From positions 3,272-67,271 of the forward strand of contig JALNJZ010000004.1 in NCBI GenBank assembly GCA_023261845.1: a stretch of DNA of 64,000 bases. The letters run 5' to 3'. The position numbers were made by a program, and so were the translations under genes. Source of the DNA: Candidatus Terraquivivens tengchongensis (GTDB lineage Archaea > Thermoproteota > Nitrososphaeria_A > Caldarchaeales > Wolframiiraptoraceae). Shown in pieces: positions 1-9,364 of the stretch; position 1 is the stretch's first letter; each line of letters opens with the position of its first letter. Under the pieces are notes generated by a model. That model searched no databases and was not told where the DNA came from. It was given only the letters and a program-made list of their open reading frames with translations.

Positions 1-50
1 ACGAGGCGATGCTTGTTGATTCCTTGTTGAAGATAGCCTCTGGAGGTTAG
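1..50 (+). CDS. 3' end of an ORF running in from the window edge (possibly the alpha-subunit partner of the following oxidoreductase beta subunit)
   Basis: Frame 3 is open from the edge (..EAMLVDSLLKIASGG*) and stops at TAG 48-50, 4 nt before the next ATG. The product guess rests on operon logic only. Confidence 0.3.
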   Translation, partial: EAMLVDSLLKIASGG

Positions 51-54
51 CAAG

Positions 55-984
55 ATGAGCATCACGAAGTATAGAACACTAAAGGACGTGCCTAAGGAAG
101 AGTTTCTCGTAGCAGGAACACCACTCTGTGCTGGATGTGGAGCTCTACTCGTCATAAGGCTTTTCCACAAAGCGCTAGGCGGTAATGTGGTTTGGGTAAA
201 CGCGGCCGGTTGCGTGACTTTAATGGCAACTTTTCCGTACACGCCGCTAAGGTCTTCGTGGTTTTACACGGCAATGCCATCCGCACCGGCTGGTGCACAG
301 GGCATAAGGGACGCGCTAGACATACTCATCAAAAAGGGCAAGCTGGACCCCGCAGAGAACCTCAAGGTTGTAGTCATAACAGGAGACGGTGCCGCCTCGG
401 ACATAGGCCTGCAGTCGGCATCAGGGGCTATACATAGGGGCCTGGACTTCTTCTATCTATGCGTTGACAACGAAGCATACGGTAACACAGGTTTTCAAGC
501 CTCTTCATTATCGCCAATAGGTAGCGGAACTGCGACGACAAAACCCACGCACCTATATCCTGCAGGGAACGTCCTCCCCAAGAAGGACCTCTTCGAGATA
601 TGGCGAAGCCACAGACCGCCGTACGTCGCAACGATATCGCCGTCGCATGTGGTTGACATGCTTAGAAAGGTCGAGAAGGCGCTTAGCTTCAAAGGGCCGA
701 AACTCTTCTTAGCGCTCTGCCCATGTCCTACGGGCTGGGGCATTGAACCTTCGGAATCCGTGCAATTAGCTAGGCTCGCCGTCGAGACTGGGATTTGGCC
801 GTTGAAGGAAGCGGTTTACGGTGAGGTAACGCATACGCACATTCCCTCAAAAAGAAGACCGGTTGAAGATTACTTGAAAGTCCAAAGAAGGTTCGCCCAT
901 TTGTTTAAGCCAATAAAGAACGAGGCTGTTATCGCAGAGATACAGAAGCAGGTCGACGAATACTGGAGTAAGGTGGAGCGTTAA
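55..984 (+). CDS. 2-oxoacid (pyruvate/2-oxoglutarate):ferredoxin oxidoreductase, beta (TPP-binding) subunit
   Basis: 309 aa. It has the N-terminal CxGC motif (PLCAGCG) and the TPP-binding GDG motif (ITGDGAASDIG ... NEAYGNTG) typical of OFOR/POR beta subunits. Confidence 0.8.
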   Translation: MSITKYRTLKDVPKEEFLVAGTPLCAGCGALLVIRLFHKALGGNVVWVNAAGCVTLMATFPYTPLRSSWFYTAMPSAPAGAQGIRDALDILIKKGKLDPAENLKVVVITGDGAASDIGLQSASGAIHRGLDFFYLCVDNEAYGNTGFQASSLSPIGSGTATTKPTHLYPAGNVLPKKDLFEIWRSHRPPYVATISPSHVVDMLRKVEKALSFKGPKLFLALCPCPTGWGIEPSESVQLARLAVETGIWPLKEAVYGEVTHTHIPSKRRPVEDYLKVQRRFAHLFKPIKNEAVIAEIQKQVDEYWSKVER

Positions 985-995
985 ATTAGGTTCGT

Positions 996-3329
996 TCATT
1001 TATTTTTTATATTGTGCATGGCCCTAAGGTCCTTTTCGAATGCCTTGAGCTTTCTTGGTATATCGCATTCTATCGGTTCCTTCAGTGATAGGCCCAGGCT
1101 CTTTTTCTTTGCCCAAACGCTAGAGTTAAACTCAATGATGGGCTCAGTAAACTTCCTGTATACAGCAGACCATACAGCCTTCGGGAAGGTCTCTAAATGT
1201 ATGCTGCGTTTGCCATACAGCTGCCTCCACAACGCATCCGTTATGAAAGGTGTTATGGGTGCCAATAGTAAGAGGACGTTCTTGAGCACCGTGTGTAACG
1301 TAAACCAAGCAGCCCTCTGCTCGCTCTTCGTGAACCCTACACCGTAAGCCCTCGTCTTGACCATCTCCACGTAATGGTCGGCAAATATATTCCAGACAAA
1401 ATCTCTAATCAATCTGGCAGGATAAAAGAAGTTAAAGTCCTTGTAGTGCTTTAAGGATTCGCGTATCAGGGCTGAGAGCTCCGCGAGTATCCATCTATCC
1501 GTCGGCATGAGCTTCGCCTTTCTCGGTATTGGGAAGGACGATACGAACCTCGATAGATTCCAGAGCTTCGTAAGGAACTTCGTGGCACCAGCAATCCTTG
1601 CCTCGGATATCCTGAAGTCGTAACCTAAGCTGGCCTCCTGCGCGTTCCAAAACCTAAACGCATCGGCACCGTACTCCTCCAGTATGGGAACGGGGTCTAT
1701 GACGTTACCTTTACTTTTGCTCATCTTCTCTCCTTTTTCGTCAAGACCTAAGCCAGATATCCAGACGTGCTTGAAAGGCTCCTTTCCGGTGAGCTGGTAA
1801 CATCTGAGAACGGTGTAGTAGAGCCAAGTCCTAACTATGTCCTTGCCTTGTGGTCTTATGCTGACAGGATAGATTGTCTTGTAGAATTTTGGATCGCTGT
1901 AGTGCTTTGTTATGAATAACGGCGATATGCTCGAATCCATCCACGTATCGAACGTTCTCTCCTCGCCGACGAATTCTGTGCCTCCGCATTTTTCACATCG
2001 TTCAAAAGGAGGTGGCTCACACCATGGCCTGTAGTACCTGTTAGGCGGCGGTACGTGGGGAGCGCCACAACTTTTGCAGTACCAGATCGGTATTTCGGTA
2101 GCATAGTACCTGCGCCTAGATATGGGATAGTCTATCTTAAGAGAATTTATCCAGTCTAGCAAGAGCTGCCTATGCATCTCTGGATGGAACTTCATCTTCC
2201 TTGCTATCCTGTCCAACTCTTTTACCGCATAAAGCTGTTTGAGGTAGTACTCCTTCATTGGGATGATTTCTATTGGTGTCTTACTCCTTTCACAGATTGG
2301 GGTTCTATGGGTTATATTCTCGACTTTTACGAGAATTCCCTCGCGCTCCATATCCTCGACGATCCTCTTCCTCGCCTCCTCAACCTTGAGACCTGCATAC
2401 CTGCCTGCCTTTTCGGTCATCCTTCCATCTTCGCCTATTGCCACGACCTCTTCTAAGCCAAGCTCCCTGAATAGCTGGACGTCCGTGTAGTCGCCGTAAC
2501 TGCAGACCATCATGACACCGGTACCGAACTCGGGCTTGGCTGCTGGATGGGGTATTATTGGTACCTCTGTCGAGTATATCGGAACTATTGCGTGTAGCCC
2601 ATGAATATGCGTATACCTTTCGTCATTTGGGTTCACGATGACGGCCTTACAAGAACACAGAAGTTCTGGTCTAGTCGATGCGATTATCAAATCTTCATTC
2701 GTCTCCTTGACCTTGAACTTCATGTAAGCAAGTATTGTCGGAAGTTCTTCGTACTCGACCTCGGCGTCGGCTATCGTCGTTCCACACTCCCAACAGTAGT
2801 TGTTCGGTCTTGTTGCTTCATAGATCAGGCCTTCGTTCCAGAGTTTGATGAAGGTCTTTTGTGTTAAGGCTCTGTACTCCGGAGAGTCTGTCCTGTAGTA
2901 ATTCTTAAAGTCGGCGCTCAAACCCATCCTCCGCATTATTGATAACATCTCTGCCTCTAACTCATCTAAGGCCTTGCTGCAAAGCTCGATGAACTCTTTC
3001 CTTAGTACCGACCTTATCGAGACCTTATACGTTTTCTCGACATATAGCTCGACGGGTATACCATTTCTGTCTATACCTATGGGGAACAGCACCTCATAGT
3101 CCAGCATCCTCGCAGTCCTCGCTATCATGTCGATCTGGGAATATTGGGCAGCCGCCCCTATATGCCACGGCCTCCCTGATGGGTACGGTGGTGGTGTGTC
3201 TATGACAAATTTTTTCTTCTTGCTCCTTACGTTAAACGTGTAAAGGTTTTCCGACTCCCAAATTTCGAGCATTTTCTTCTCGATCGATGGGTCCCATACC
3301 TTTTCCTGTATTCTCGGTACCAGCTCCAT
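996..3329 (-). CDS. valS: Class I aminoacyl-tRNA synthetase, most likely valine--tRNA ligase
   Basis: 777 aa. It has a HIGH-region variant (PPPYPSGRPWHIGAA), KMSKS (EKMSKSKGN), and CxxC zinc knuckles in the editing/CP region. The size fits archaeal ValRS rather than LeuRS or IleRS. Confidence 0.7.
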   Translation of the reverse strand: MELVPRIQEKVWDPSIEKKMLEIWESENLYTFNVRSKKKKFVIDTPPPYPSGRPWHIGAAAQYSQIDMIARTARMLDYEVLFPIGIDRNGIPVELYVEKTYKVSIRSVLRKEFIELCSKALDELEAEMLSIMRRMGLSADFKNYYRTDSPEYRALTQKTFIKLWNEGLIYEATRPNNYCWECGTTIADAEVEYEELPTILAYMKFKVKETNEDLIIASTRPELLCSCKAVIVNPNDERYTHIHGLHAIVPIYSTEVPIIPHPAAKPEFGTGVMMVCSYGDYTDVQLFRELGLEEVVAIGEDGRMTEKAGRYAGLKVEEARKRIVEDMEREGILVKVENITHRTPICERSKTPIEIIPMKEYYLKQLYAVKELDRIARKMKFHPEMHRQLLLDWINSLKIDYPISRRRYYATEIPIWYCKSCGAPHVPPPNRYYRPWCEPPPFERCEKCGGTEFVGEERTFDTWMDSSISPLFITKHYSDPKFYKTIYPVSIRPQGKDIVRTWLYYTVLRCYQLTGKEPFKHVWISGLGLDEKGEKMSKSKGNVIDPVPILEEYGADAFRFWNAQEASLGYDFRISEARIAGATKFLTKLWNLSRFVSSFPIPRKAKLMPTDRWILAELSALIRESLKHYKDFNFFYPARLIRDFVWNIFADHYVEMVKTRAYGVGFTKSEQRAAWFTLHTVLKNVLLLLAPITPFITDALWRQLYGKRSIHLETFPKAVWSAVYRKFTEPIIEFNSSVWAKKKSLGLSLKEPIECDIPRKLKAFEKDLRAMHNIKNK

Positions 3330-3424
3330 ACGCCAGTTAACCCTCTAGGTGTTCGATAAAGCCTTTGCTTAAGCTTTCTTACAACATCTGAATGAAATTG
3401 TCATTAACTGATATGAAGCCTAAC

Positions 3425-3757
3425 TCACTTGATGCCGAGCATCTTCTTGGCTTCTTCGCTCATCATCCTTGGATTCCATGGCGGGTCGAATACCAATTCC
3501 ACGTCAACTCTCCGAACACCTTTCACGCTGTTCATTATTGCCTCCTTCACCTGCTCTACGAGAAAATAACCTATCGGACAACCTGGTGCGGTAAGGGTCA
3601 TCTTAACGTACACGCTGGCATCGTCCCTCACCTGGACGTCATATATAAGCCCTAGGTCCACCACGTTTATTGGAATCTCTGGGTCGTAACAGTTCTTGAG
3701 TACTTCAATGACCTCTTTTACGGTGGGCATATCTTTTTGCAAAAAGCCCTCCCTCAA
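3425..3757 (-). CDS. DUF59/MIP18-family Fe-S cluster assembly protein (SufT/PaaD-like)
   Basis: 110 aa with the characteristic DPEIPINVVDLGLIYDV ... TLTAPGCP motif. Confidence 0.75.
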   Translation of the reverse strand: MREGFLQKDMPTVKEVIEVLKNCYDPEIPINVVDLGLIYDVQVRDDASVYVKMTLTAPGCPIGYFLVEQVKEAIMNSVKGVRRVDVELVFDPPWNPRMMSEEAKKMLGIK

Positions 3758-3795
3758 GACTAAAATTAGTCCTTGTTCTATATAAGGGCTTAATA

Positions 3796-3805
3796 AGCAC
3801 GTGCT
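3796..3805. promoter_or_regulatory. Perfect 10-bp palindrome AGCACGTGCT between two divergent TATA-like boxes
   Basis: It lies in the 75-nt divergent intergenic region between the DUF59 gene (-) and the pfpI-like gene (+). It is flanked by TTCTATATAAGG (about 3776-3787) and TTTTATATAG (about 3810-3819). Confidence 0.35.
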
Positions 3806-3832
3806 AACCTTTTATATAGAAAACATCACATA

Positions 3833-4381
3833 TTGAAGGTGGTGTTTAGTTTGAGCCTTTCGGGTAAAAGTGTCGCTATAATTGCCGGTCCTGACTACGA
3901 AGACCTAGAGCTTCACTATCCGTTGCTCAGGTTCAAAGAAGAAGGCGCTGACGTGAAGGTTGTGGCACCGACAAGGGACACGTACAGGGGCAAGCATGGT
4001 TTATCGATAGTTCCGGATCTAACTATAGATGAGGCCCTCATCAAGGACTTCGACATAATCATAATTCCCGGCGGCTGGGCTCCCGATAGGCTGAGGAGGG
4101 ATAGCAGGGTTGTGGAGTTCGTTAGGAAGCATGGACAGAAGGGAGCGATAATAGGTGCTATATGCCATGGACCGCAGCTTCTGATATCTGCTAAGCTCTT
4201 GAGCGGAAAGAAAGCGACGTGTGTCAGCGGAATTAAGGATGATGTAATAAATGCAGGTGCGACGTTTATAGATGCTCCAGTGGTCGTGGATGGAAACATA
4301 ATAACTTCTAGGGTTCCCGACGACCTCCCAAGCTTCTGTAAAGCGATAATAGAGGAGGCCTCTAAACTTCGGAGGAAGTAG
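3833..4381 (+). CDS. pfpI: DJ-1/PfpI family intracellular protease/deglycase
   Basis: 182 aa with the nucleophile-elbow motif AICHGPQLLISA and the IIPGGWAP motif. The start is TTG. Confidence 0.8.
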   Translation: MKVVFSLSLSGKSVAIIAGPDYEDLELHYPLLRFKEEGADVKVVAPTRDTYRGKHGLSIVPDLTIDEALIKDFDIIIIPGGWAPDRLRRDSRVVEFVRKHGQKGAIIGAICHGPQLLISAKLLSGKKATCVSGIKDDVINAGATFIDAPVVVDGNIITSRVPDDLPSFCKAIIEEASKLRRK

Positions 4382-4508
4382 CACGTGTTCTTGGTCGAGG
4401 AGAGGTACGACCTCGGAAGGCTTGTGACCTTCGTCCCGAATAAGAACGTACCAGTCCATAACTGGTTTTTTCTTTAAAGAAGGTTTCTCGAGGGATTTTG
4501 TCTGGTTA

Positions 4509-5507
4509 ATGCTTAAGGAGTTCGACCTAGGTAGAGGAAACTGGGTGCTCGATCCTTTTCTCGGCTCCGGGACGACATCGCTTGCCTGCATGGAAGTTGG
4601 TGTAAACTCTTGTGGCGTAGATTCGTCACCTTTGGCCGTGTTCGTATCGCAAACCAAGACTACCAGATATGATGCAAATTTGTTAGAAAAGGCAGCAGCG
4701 TCGTTGTTCTCGATACCTTTCTCAAAACCCTCGTTGGACGAGCTCGACCCGCTCGTAAAGAAAGCATTCAGCAGACCAGTCCTTGAAGATGTCGTGTTCT
4801 TCAGGGATAAGATAGCCGATATGGACAGGGATGTCAAGAGCTTTTTCATGCTCGCTCTTATGAGGGCAGCTATGGAGGCCTCCTACGCCTATAAGGACGG
4901 CGGTGTGATAAAGATAGTGAAGAAACCGACGCCACCATTTAGGAAGTTCTTCAAAAGGATCGTCAAGAAGATGATCACGGACGTTAGGTCGATAAAGCTT
5001 GAGGATTGTGAGACCAGGATAATGCTCGGTGATGCTAGGGTGCTCCAGTTGCCCGACGACATGTTCGATGCGATAATAACGTCACCACCGTACTTGAACA
5101 AGATAGAGTACACGACGGTCTATAAAATAGAGTACGAGCTCTTCCTACCTGGTGTCAAGGCAGATGCTGTCCGCTCATACTTGGGCCTAAACCCGAAAAA
5201 TGTCGAGGACCCATTTCCCGAGTTGAATCTACCTATAATCGCGAAGGCCTACTTCTCGGACATGAAGAAGGCTCTATCGGAAATGTTCAGGGTCTTGAAG
5301 CCCAAAGGCAAGGTAGCCCTAGTGGTTGCGGGCGGTGTCTTTCCTGATAGGGTGATTGAGTCCGATATCCTGATTGCGAGGCTGGCCGAGGATATGGGCT
5401 TTAAGGTAAACAAGATATGCGTAGTGAACAGAAGGATTGCAACGACGAAGAGGGTTATAAAGATAGGCGAAGCGAGGGAGAGCATAGTTTACATGGAAAA
5501 ACAGTAA
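4509..5507 (+). CDS. N4/N6 DNA (or RNA) methyltransferase, SAM-dependent; the N-terminal ~29 codons appear to lie upstream in another frame (see finding)
   Basis: 332 aa with the SAM-binding DPFLGSGTT motif and the catalytic TSPPY motif (IITSPPYLNKIEY). An upstream GTG at 4385 opens a frame reading VFLVEERYDLGRLVTFVPNKNVPVHNWFFL*, which joins the main frame if one T of the T6 run at 4466-4471 is removed. Confidence 0.75.
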   Translation: MLKEFDLGRGNWVLDPFLGSGTTSLACMEVGVNSCGVDSSPLAVFVSQTKTTRYDANLLEKAAASLFSIPFSKPSLDELDPLVKKAFSRPVLEDVVFFRDKIADMDRDVKSFFMLALMRAAMEASYAYKDGGVIKIVKKPTPPFRKFFKRIVKKMITDVRSIKLEDCETRIMLGDARVLQLPDDMFDAIITSPPYLNKIEYTTVYKIEYELFLPGVKADAVRSYLGLNPKNVEDPFPELNLPIIAKAYFSDMKKALSEMFRVLKPKGKVALVVAGGVFPDRVIESDILIARLAEDMGFKVNKICVVNRRIATTKRVIKIGEARESIVYMEKQ

Positions 5508-5586
5508 ACCGTACCACGAGGTCTGGTATGGAAGGGTGTAGCAAGGATAAATATATGTTCTTGAGGTTCAGATAGGGTGCTCGATT

Positions 5587-6726
5587 ATGAGCAGCTATGA
5601 TGTCATAGTTGTTGGTGCCGGGCCGGCCGGTGTCTCGGCGGCAAAAGCGGCAGCCCTAGCTGACGCTAAGACCTTGCTACTGGAGAAGTGCCCGACGATT
5701 ATGGCAAACAAGCCATGCGGCGAAGCGACGAGTCAAACAACGTTCAAAACAGCTGGTGTGGAGCCGAAGCCCAGCATAGTTCTCAACAGGGCGTACGCAA
5801 GGGTTTATGCACCGAACATGAAGTTCGTGGAGATAAAGGACGTAGGTTTTTTGATAAACAAATCACTCTTCCTACAGGAAATAGCCGCTCAAGCCGCTGA
5901 GGCTGGTGCTGACATACACGTAAGGGAAGAAGTATTATCGGTCTGGAGAGATGGAGACATTATGAGGGTAAAGACGAACCGTAGCGAGTATTCAGCGAAG
6001 GTTGTCATAGGTGCTGACGGATACAATTCAACAGTAGCAAGGTGCCTTGGAATAAACGAGCGCTCGGAGCCCATACCGACCGTTCAGTACGTTATGGTTA
6101 ATTGTAAGCTCGAATGCACGGACGTTGTAAGGTTCTTCCTCGGCAACGATATAGCTCCAGGCGGATACGCTTGGATCTTCCCCAAAAGCGAGAAGATCGC
6201 AGAGGTGGGCATAGGTGTGAGAGGTGCTCCAGCCAAACTCTACCTCGACAAATTCGTCAAGATGTTCGAGAAAGAACTTGGAAATGCTAAGATAATCGAC
6301 TACAGAGGTGCGCCCGTACCCATCGGCGGAATGATAAAGGAGTACATAGTGGATGGTGGCATACTCATAGGAGATTCCGCTGGAATGGTTATACCCTTGA
6401 CGGGTGCAGGCATACACTCATCGATAGCCGCGGGTCTTGCAGCAGGCGAGGTCGTTGCGAAGGCGTGTCATGAAGGCGATACCTCAAGGAAGAGGCTTTC
6501 AGAATTCAATGAGAAGTACGAACCTTGGATAATGAGGATAAACAAGAGCTTGAAGGTCATGCGCGCTTTGGAAAAGATGACGGATGAGGAGCTGAATCTT
6601 TTACAGACATTACTTGACGCGACGGATATACTTGACCTTGCAAACGGCCTTAACATTAAAAGGGTTACGATGAAGTTACTTTCGCATCCAATCTTCGCGA
6701 TAAAACTTGCAAAGGCACTTCTTTGA
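5587..6726 (+). CDS. Geranylgeranyl reductase family FAD-dependent oxidoreductase
   Basis: 379 aa with the N-terminal Rossmann motif YDVIVVGAGPAG and the GDSAG motif (LIGDSAGMVIPLTGAGI). Confidence 0.75.
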   Translation: MSSYDVIVVGAGPAGVSAAKAAALADAKTLLLEKCPTIMANKPCGEATSQTTFKTAGVEPKPSIVLNRAYARVYAPNMKFVEIKDVGFLINKSLFLQEIAAQAAEAGADIHVREEVLSVWRDGDIMRVKTNRSEYSAKVVIGADGYNSTVARCLGINERSEPIPTVQYVMVNCKLECTDVVRFFLGNDIAPGGYAWIFPKSEKIAEVGIGVRGAPAKLYLDKFVKMFEKELGNAKIIDYRGAPVPIGGMIKEYIVDGGILIGDSAGMVIPLTGAGIHSSIAAGLAAGEVVAKACHEGDTSRKRLSEFNEKYEPWIMRINKSLKVMRALEKMTDEELNLLQTLLDATDILDLANGLNIKRVTMKLLSHPIFAIKLAKALL

Positions 6727-6729
6727 GAG

Positions 6730-7713
6730 ATGGTGTTATTCATGGACTGGGATTATTTTGACTCAAAGGGCACTAGAAAGGCCGCGGTTGTGGGTATAGG
6801 AGGTGGTGGCGATGTGCTAGGAACGATACCGACGAGGAACTCTTTGAGGAGAAACAAATTCGAAGTATTGATAGGCTCCGTAGTATGGGAAAGGTTCGTC
6901 GTGGATCCAAAGCCTGGTCCGAGGTCTTTGGACGAGCTGGATAATGTGGAGGAATTTTTAAGCGAAACGGTATGCTTAGCGGGAAGTCGAACGAGAATAA
7001 AAGGAGGGGTCGTTCCACAAGCGTGCAGACTCTCAGCAAAACTGGACGAGAAGGTTCTGCTATTGGACCTGACTAAAGGTGCCAAAGGTCTTGCTAGAGG
7101 CATTCACAAGATGGTCGATAAACTCGGCATAAGCTTCATCGTCGGAATAGATGTTGGAGGCGACGTTTTAGCTACTGGAAAGGAAGAGGGTCTTAAATCT
7201 CCTCTATGCGATTCCTTAACACTTGCAGCCTTAGTTAACTCAGGTGTTAGGAGCATAGTGGGCGTAGTGGGATTAGGATGCGATGGTGAGCTTAAGTTGC
7301 AGGAACTAGAAGCAAGGTTATCCGAAATAGCATCGATGGGCGGTTTACTTGGTGCGTTGGGTATGACGCGAGATGATGTAAAGCTCATGGAGTTTTTGTC
7401 AGAAGGGCTGAATACGGAAGCGAGTAGGATGACTATCATGGCAGCAAAGGGCGTAAGGGGCGATGTACCGATAAGGGAGGGGACAAGAACGGCATACGTG
7501 TCTATCTTTTCAAGCATAACTTTTTTCCTTGATGCCCGGATACTTTATGAGGTAAGCGAGCTTGCAAAGGCTGTGGCAAACTCTGAGTCAATAGATGAAG
7601 CGAATGAGAGCATGTATAGCCTAGGAATAGAAACAGAGCTGGACTTCGAGAGGGCCGTCGAGAGGCTTGGCGTCACGTCTTACAGAGATTATGTTCTAAA
7701 GACGAAGAGATGA
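6730..7713 (+). CDS. Conserved archaeal hypothetical protein (DUF1152-like)
   Basis: 327 aa with a G-rich motif (VVGIGGGGDVLG, repeated as GIDVGGDVLA). It starts 4 nt after the reductase stop. The family name is recalled from memory, not verified. Confidence 0.45.
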   Translation: MVLFMDWDYFDSKGTRKAAVVGIGGGGDVLGTIPTRNSLRRNKFEVLIGSVVWERFVVDPKPGPRSLDELDNVEEFLSETVCLAGSRTRIKGGVVPQACRLSAKLDEKVLLLDLTKGAKGLARGIHKMVDKLGISFIVGIDVGGDVLATGKEEGLKSPLCDSLTLAALVNSGVRSIVGVVGLGCDGELKLQELEARLSEIASMGGLLGALGMTRDDVKLMEFLSEGLNTEASRMTIMAAKGVRGDVPIREGTRTAYVSIFSSITFFLDARILYEVSELAKAVANSESIDEANESMYSLGIETELDFERAVERLGVTSYRDYVLKTKR

Positions 7714-8224
7714 ACGAATTGGCTAACTCTTTGGCCCTGCTTAGAAGTCTATACTTTGGTGAACGTATAAGGCCGACCATTCTTAATCCGCTCGGTTTCT
7801 CGATAAATAGCGCGTAAAAATTCGGCTCGGATGCTGTTAGAAGTTCATCTTTTATGTAATCTTCAAAAATCGTAAGCGTCAATACACGACCATCTTCTTT
7901 TTTGAGTACAAGCTCCCCGGTCTTAGCATCATAACTTAAAACGCTCACCAATACTGATTGTATGGAAGGCTCGTATTCATTTTGCGATAGATCGTCTACG
8001 ACAAGTTTGACGCTATTCCCTTGCTGAACCCTTGAGATGTATGCGTTCACGGCAGAACCGTACCAGAGCCAACCCGGCAATTCTTCGATATTGTAAATCA
8101 ACGTGTCAGGCAGGTCTGCAATCACAAGTTTAACAGTATACAGTAACTTACCCCACTTAATACTTGGCACGATGTCCACAACATAACCCAACATTTTGCC
8201 AAGGTTCTTGCGCTCCACCTTCAA
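7673..8224 (-). CDS. Hypothetical protein
   Basis: 183-aa ORF directly downstream of uS11 on the same strand with a TTG start. It has no recognisable motif, and its 3' end overlaps the convergent DUF1152-like gene by 41 nt. Confidence 0.4.
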   Translation of the reverse strand: MKVERKNLGKMLGYVVDIVPSIKWGKLLYTVKLVIADLPDTLIYNIEELPGWLWYGSAVNAYISRVQQGNSVKLVVDDLSQNEYEPSIQSVLVSVLSYDAKTGELVLKKEDGRVLTLTIFEDYIKDELLTASEPNFYALFIEKPSGLRMVGLIRSPKYRLLSRAKELANSFISSSLEHNLCKT

Positions 8225-8245
8225 AGCCGGACCACGTGTGCGCTT

Positions 8246-8674
8246 CTAGACCCTTCTTCCCCTTCTTCCGCCCTTCTTCCTTATGCTGTCGTGAGGGAGA
8301 GGCGTAACGTCCTCTATCCTACCAATCTGAACGCCGGACCTAGCCACAGCTCTGATCGCTGCCTGCGCACCCGGGCCTGGTGTCCTCGCCTTCACACCAC
8401 CAGGTGCCCTCACCCTTATATGGACAGCGGATATTCCTTTTTGCTTTGCAATCTCCATAACATAGTTAGCCGCCCTTGTGGCAGCATAAGGTGTTGGCTC
8501 TAGCCTTCCTGCATCAACGAACATCCCGCCGGAAGCTCTGGCAATCGTTTCGGCACCGCTCAGATCGGTTACATGGACCATTATGTTGTTGTAGCTGGAA
8601 TAGATATGGACAATCCCCCATAGAGGTTTCTTTTGACTTTGCCTCTGTTCAACCTGTTGCTTAGCCTCGCTCAT
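8246..8674 (-). CDS. rps11: 30S ribosomal protein uS11
   Basis: 142 aa. Diagnostic segments are [54 protein letters not shown] and [10 protein letters not shown], plus a basic C-terminus. Confidence 0.92.
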   Translation of the reverse strand: MSEAKQQVEQRQSQKKPLWGIVHIYSSYNNIMVHVTDLSGAETIARASGGMFVDAGRLEPTPYAATRAANYVMEIAKQKGISAVHIRVRAPGGVKARTPGPGAQAAIRAVARSGVQIGRIEDVTPLPHDSIRKKGGRRGRRV

Positions 8675-8730
8675 TGCCGTTGACTCAGCAACTTGATGGG
8701 AAATATTTAAGGCTTCAAATTAACGCACTG

Positions 8731-9252
8731 TTATTTGAAGGAAGGAAGCCTTATACCCCTCTGCCCTTGATATTTCCCTCTATAGGGTCTCTCCACGGGC
8801 GACGTGAGTTTAGCAAAGACCACATGTATGAACCTGTCATTCTCGTAGAGCTTAACCGGGAAATCTCCGCCGACTAGCTCTATCGTCAACTGACCCTCGA
8901 AGTTGGCATCTATTATCGTGGGAGGTATGCTTAGACCTACCCTTGCATAACTACTTCTGAGGTTAACGAAGCCCATCAAGTCAACCGGGAGTCTGATGTA
9001 CTCCTTCGTGTGGAGAAGTACGTGCTCCTTAGGGTTTATGATGAAGCTGCTGCCTTGCTCGATCGTGTAAAACTCCTCGACGTCATCGCTCCTAGTGTCA
9101 AGGGGTCTTCCGATATTCTTCATCCTAGCCACAGCCCCACCAATCCTTAGATCTACGCCGTTTTCTCTGACCGTGCTCTCTTCGAAAGGTTCTATTAGCA
9201 ACCTTCCGCTCCTGATGTAGTTTAATAAATCCAAGTCGCTCAATATAGCCAA
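8731..9252 (-). CDS. dcd: dCTP deaminase/dUTPase family protein
   Basis: 173 aa. The N-terminus MAILSDLDLLNYI..G.L.IEPF....V..NGVDLRIG is typical of the Dcd/archaeal dUTPase fold. Confidence 0.75.
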   Translation of the reverse strand: MAILSDLDLLNYIRSGRLLIEPFEESTVRENGVDLRIGGAVARMKNIGRPLDTRSDDVEEFYTIEQGSSFIINPKEHVLLHTKEYIRLPVDLMGFVNLRSSYARVGLSIPPTIIDANFEGQLTIELVGGDFPVKLYENDRFIHVVFAKLTSPVERPYRGKYQGQRGIRLPSFK

Positions 9253-9364
9253 GCAATCCCCTCCGGTCGGGTTTTCTAAACGTCTCTTTTTAAATGTTTG
9301 TTGCCAAGCGCTAGCAACTTCTATGAATAAATCTTATAAACGTCGTGCTGCATAAAGTTCTTTT

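Noticed and set aside
4019-4849. 276-aa minus-strand ORF spanning the pfpI and methyltransferase genes
   Set aside because: It is antisense to two genes with strong motifs, has Ser/Leu-rich low-complexity content, and crosses an intergenic junction. This is a typical shadow ORF.
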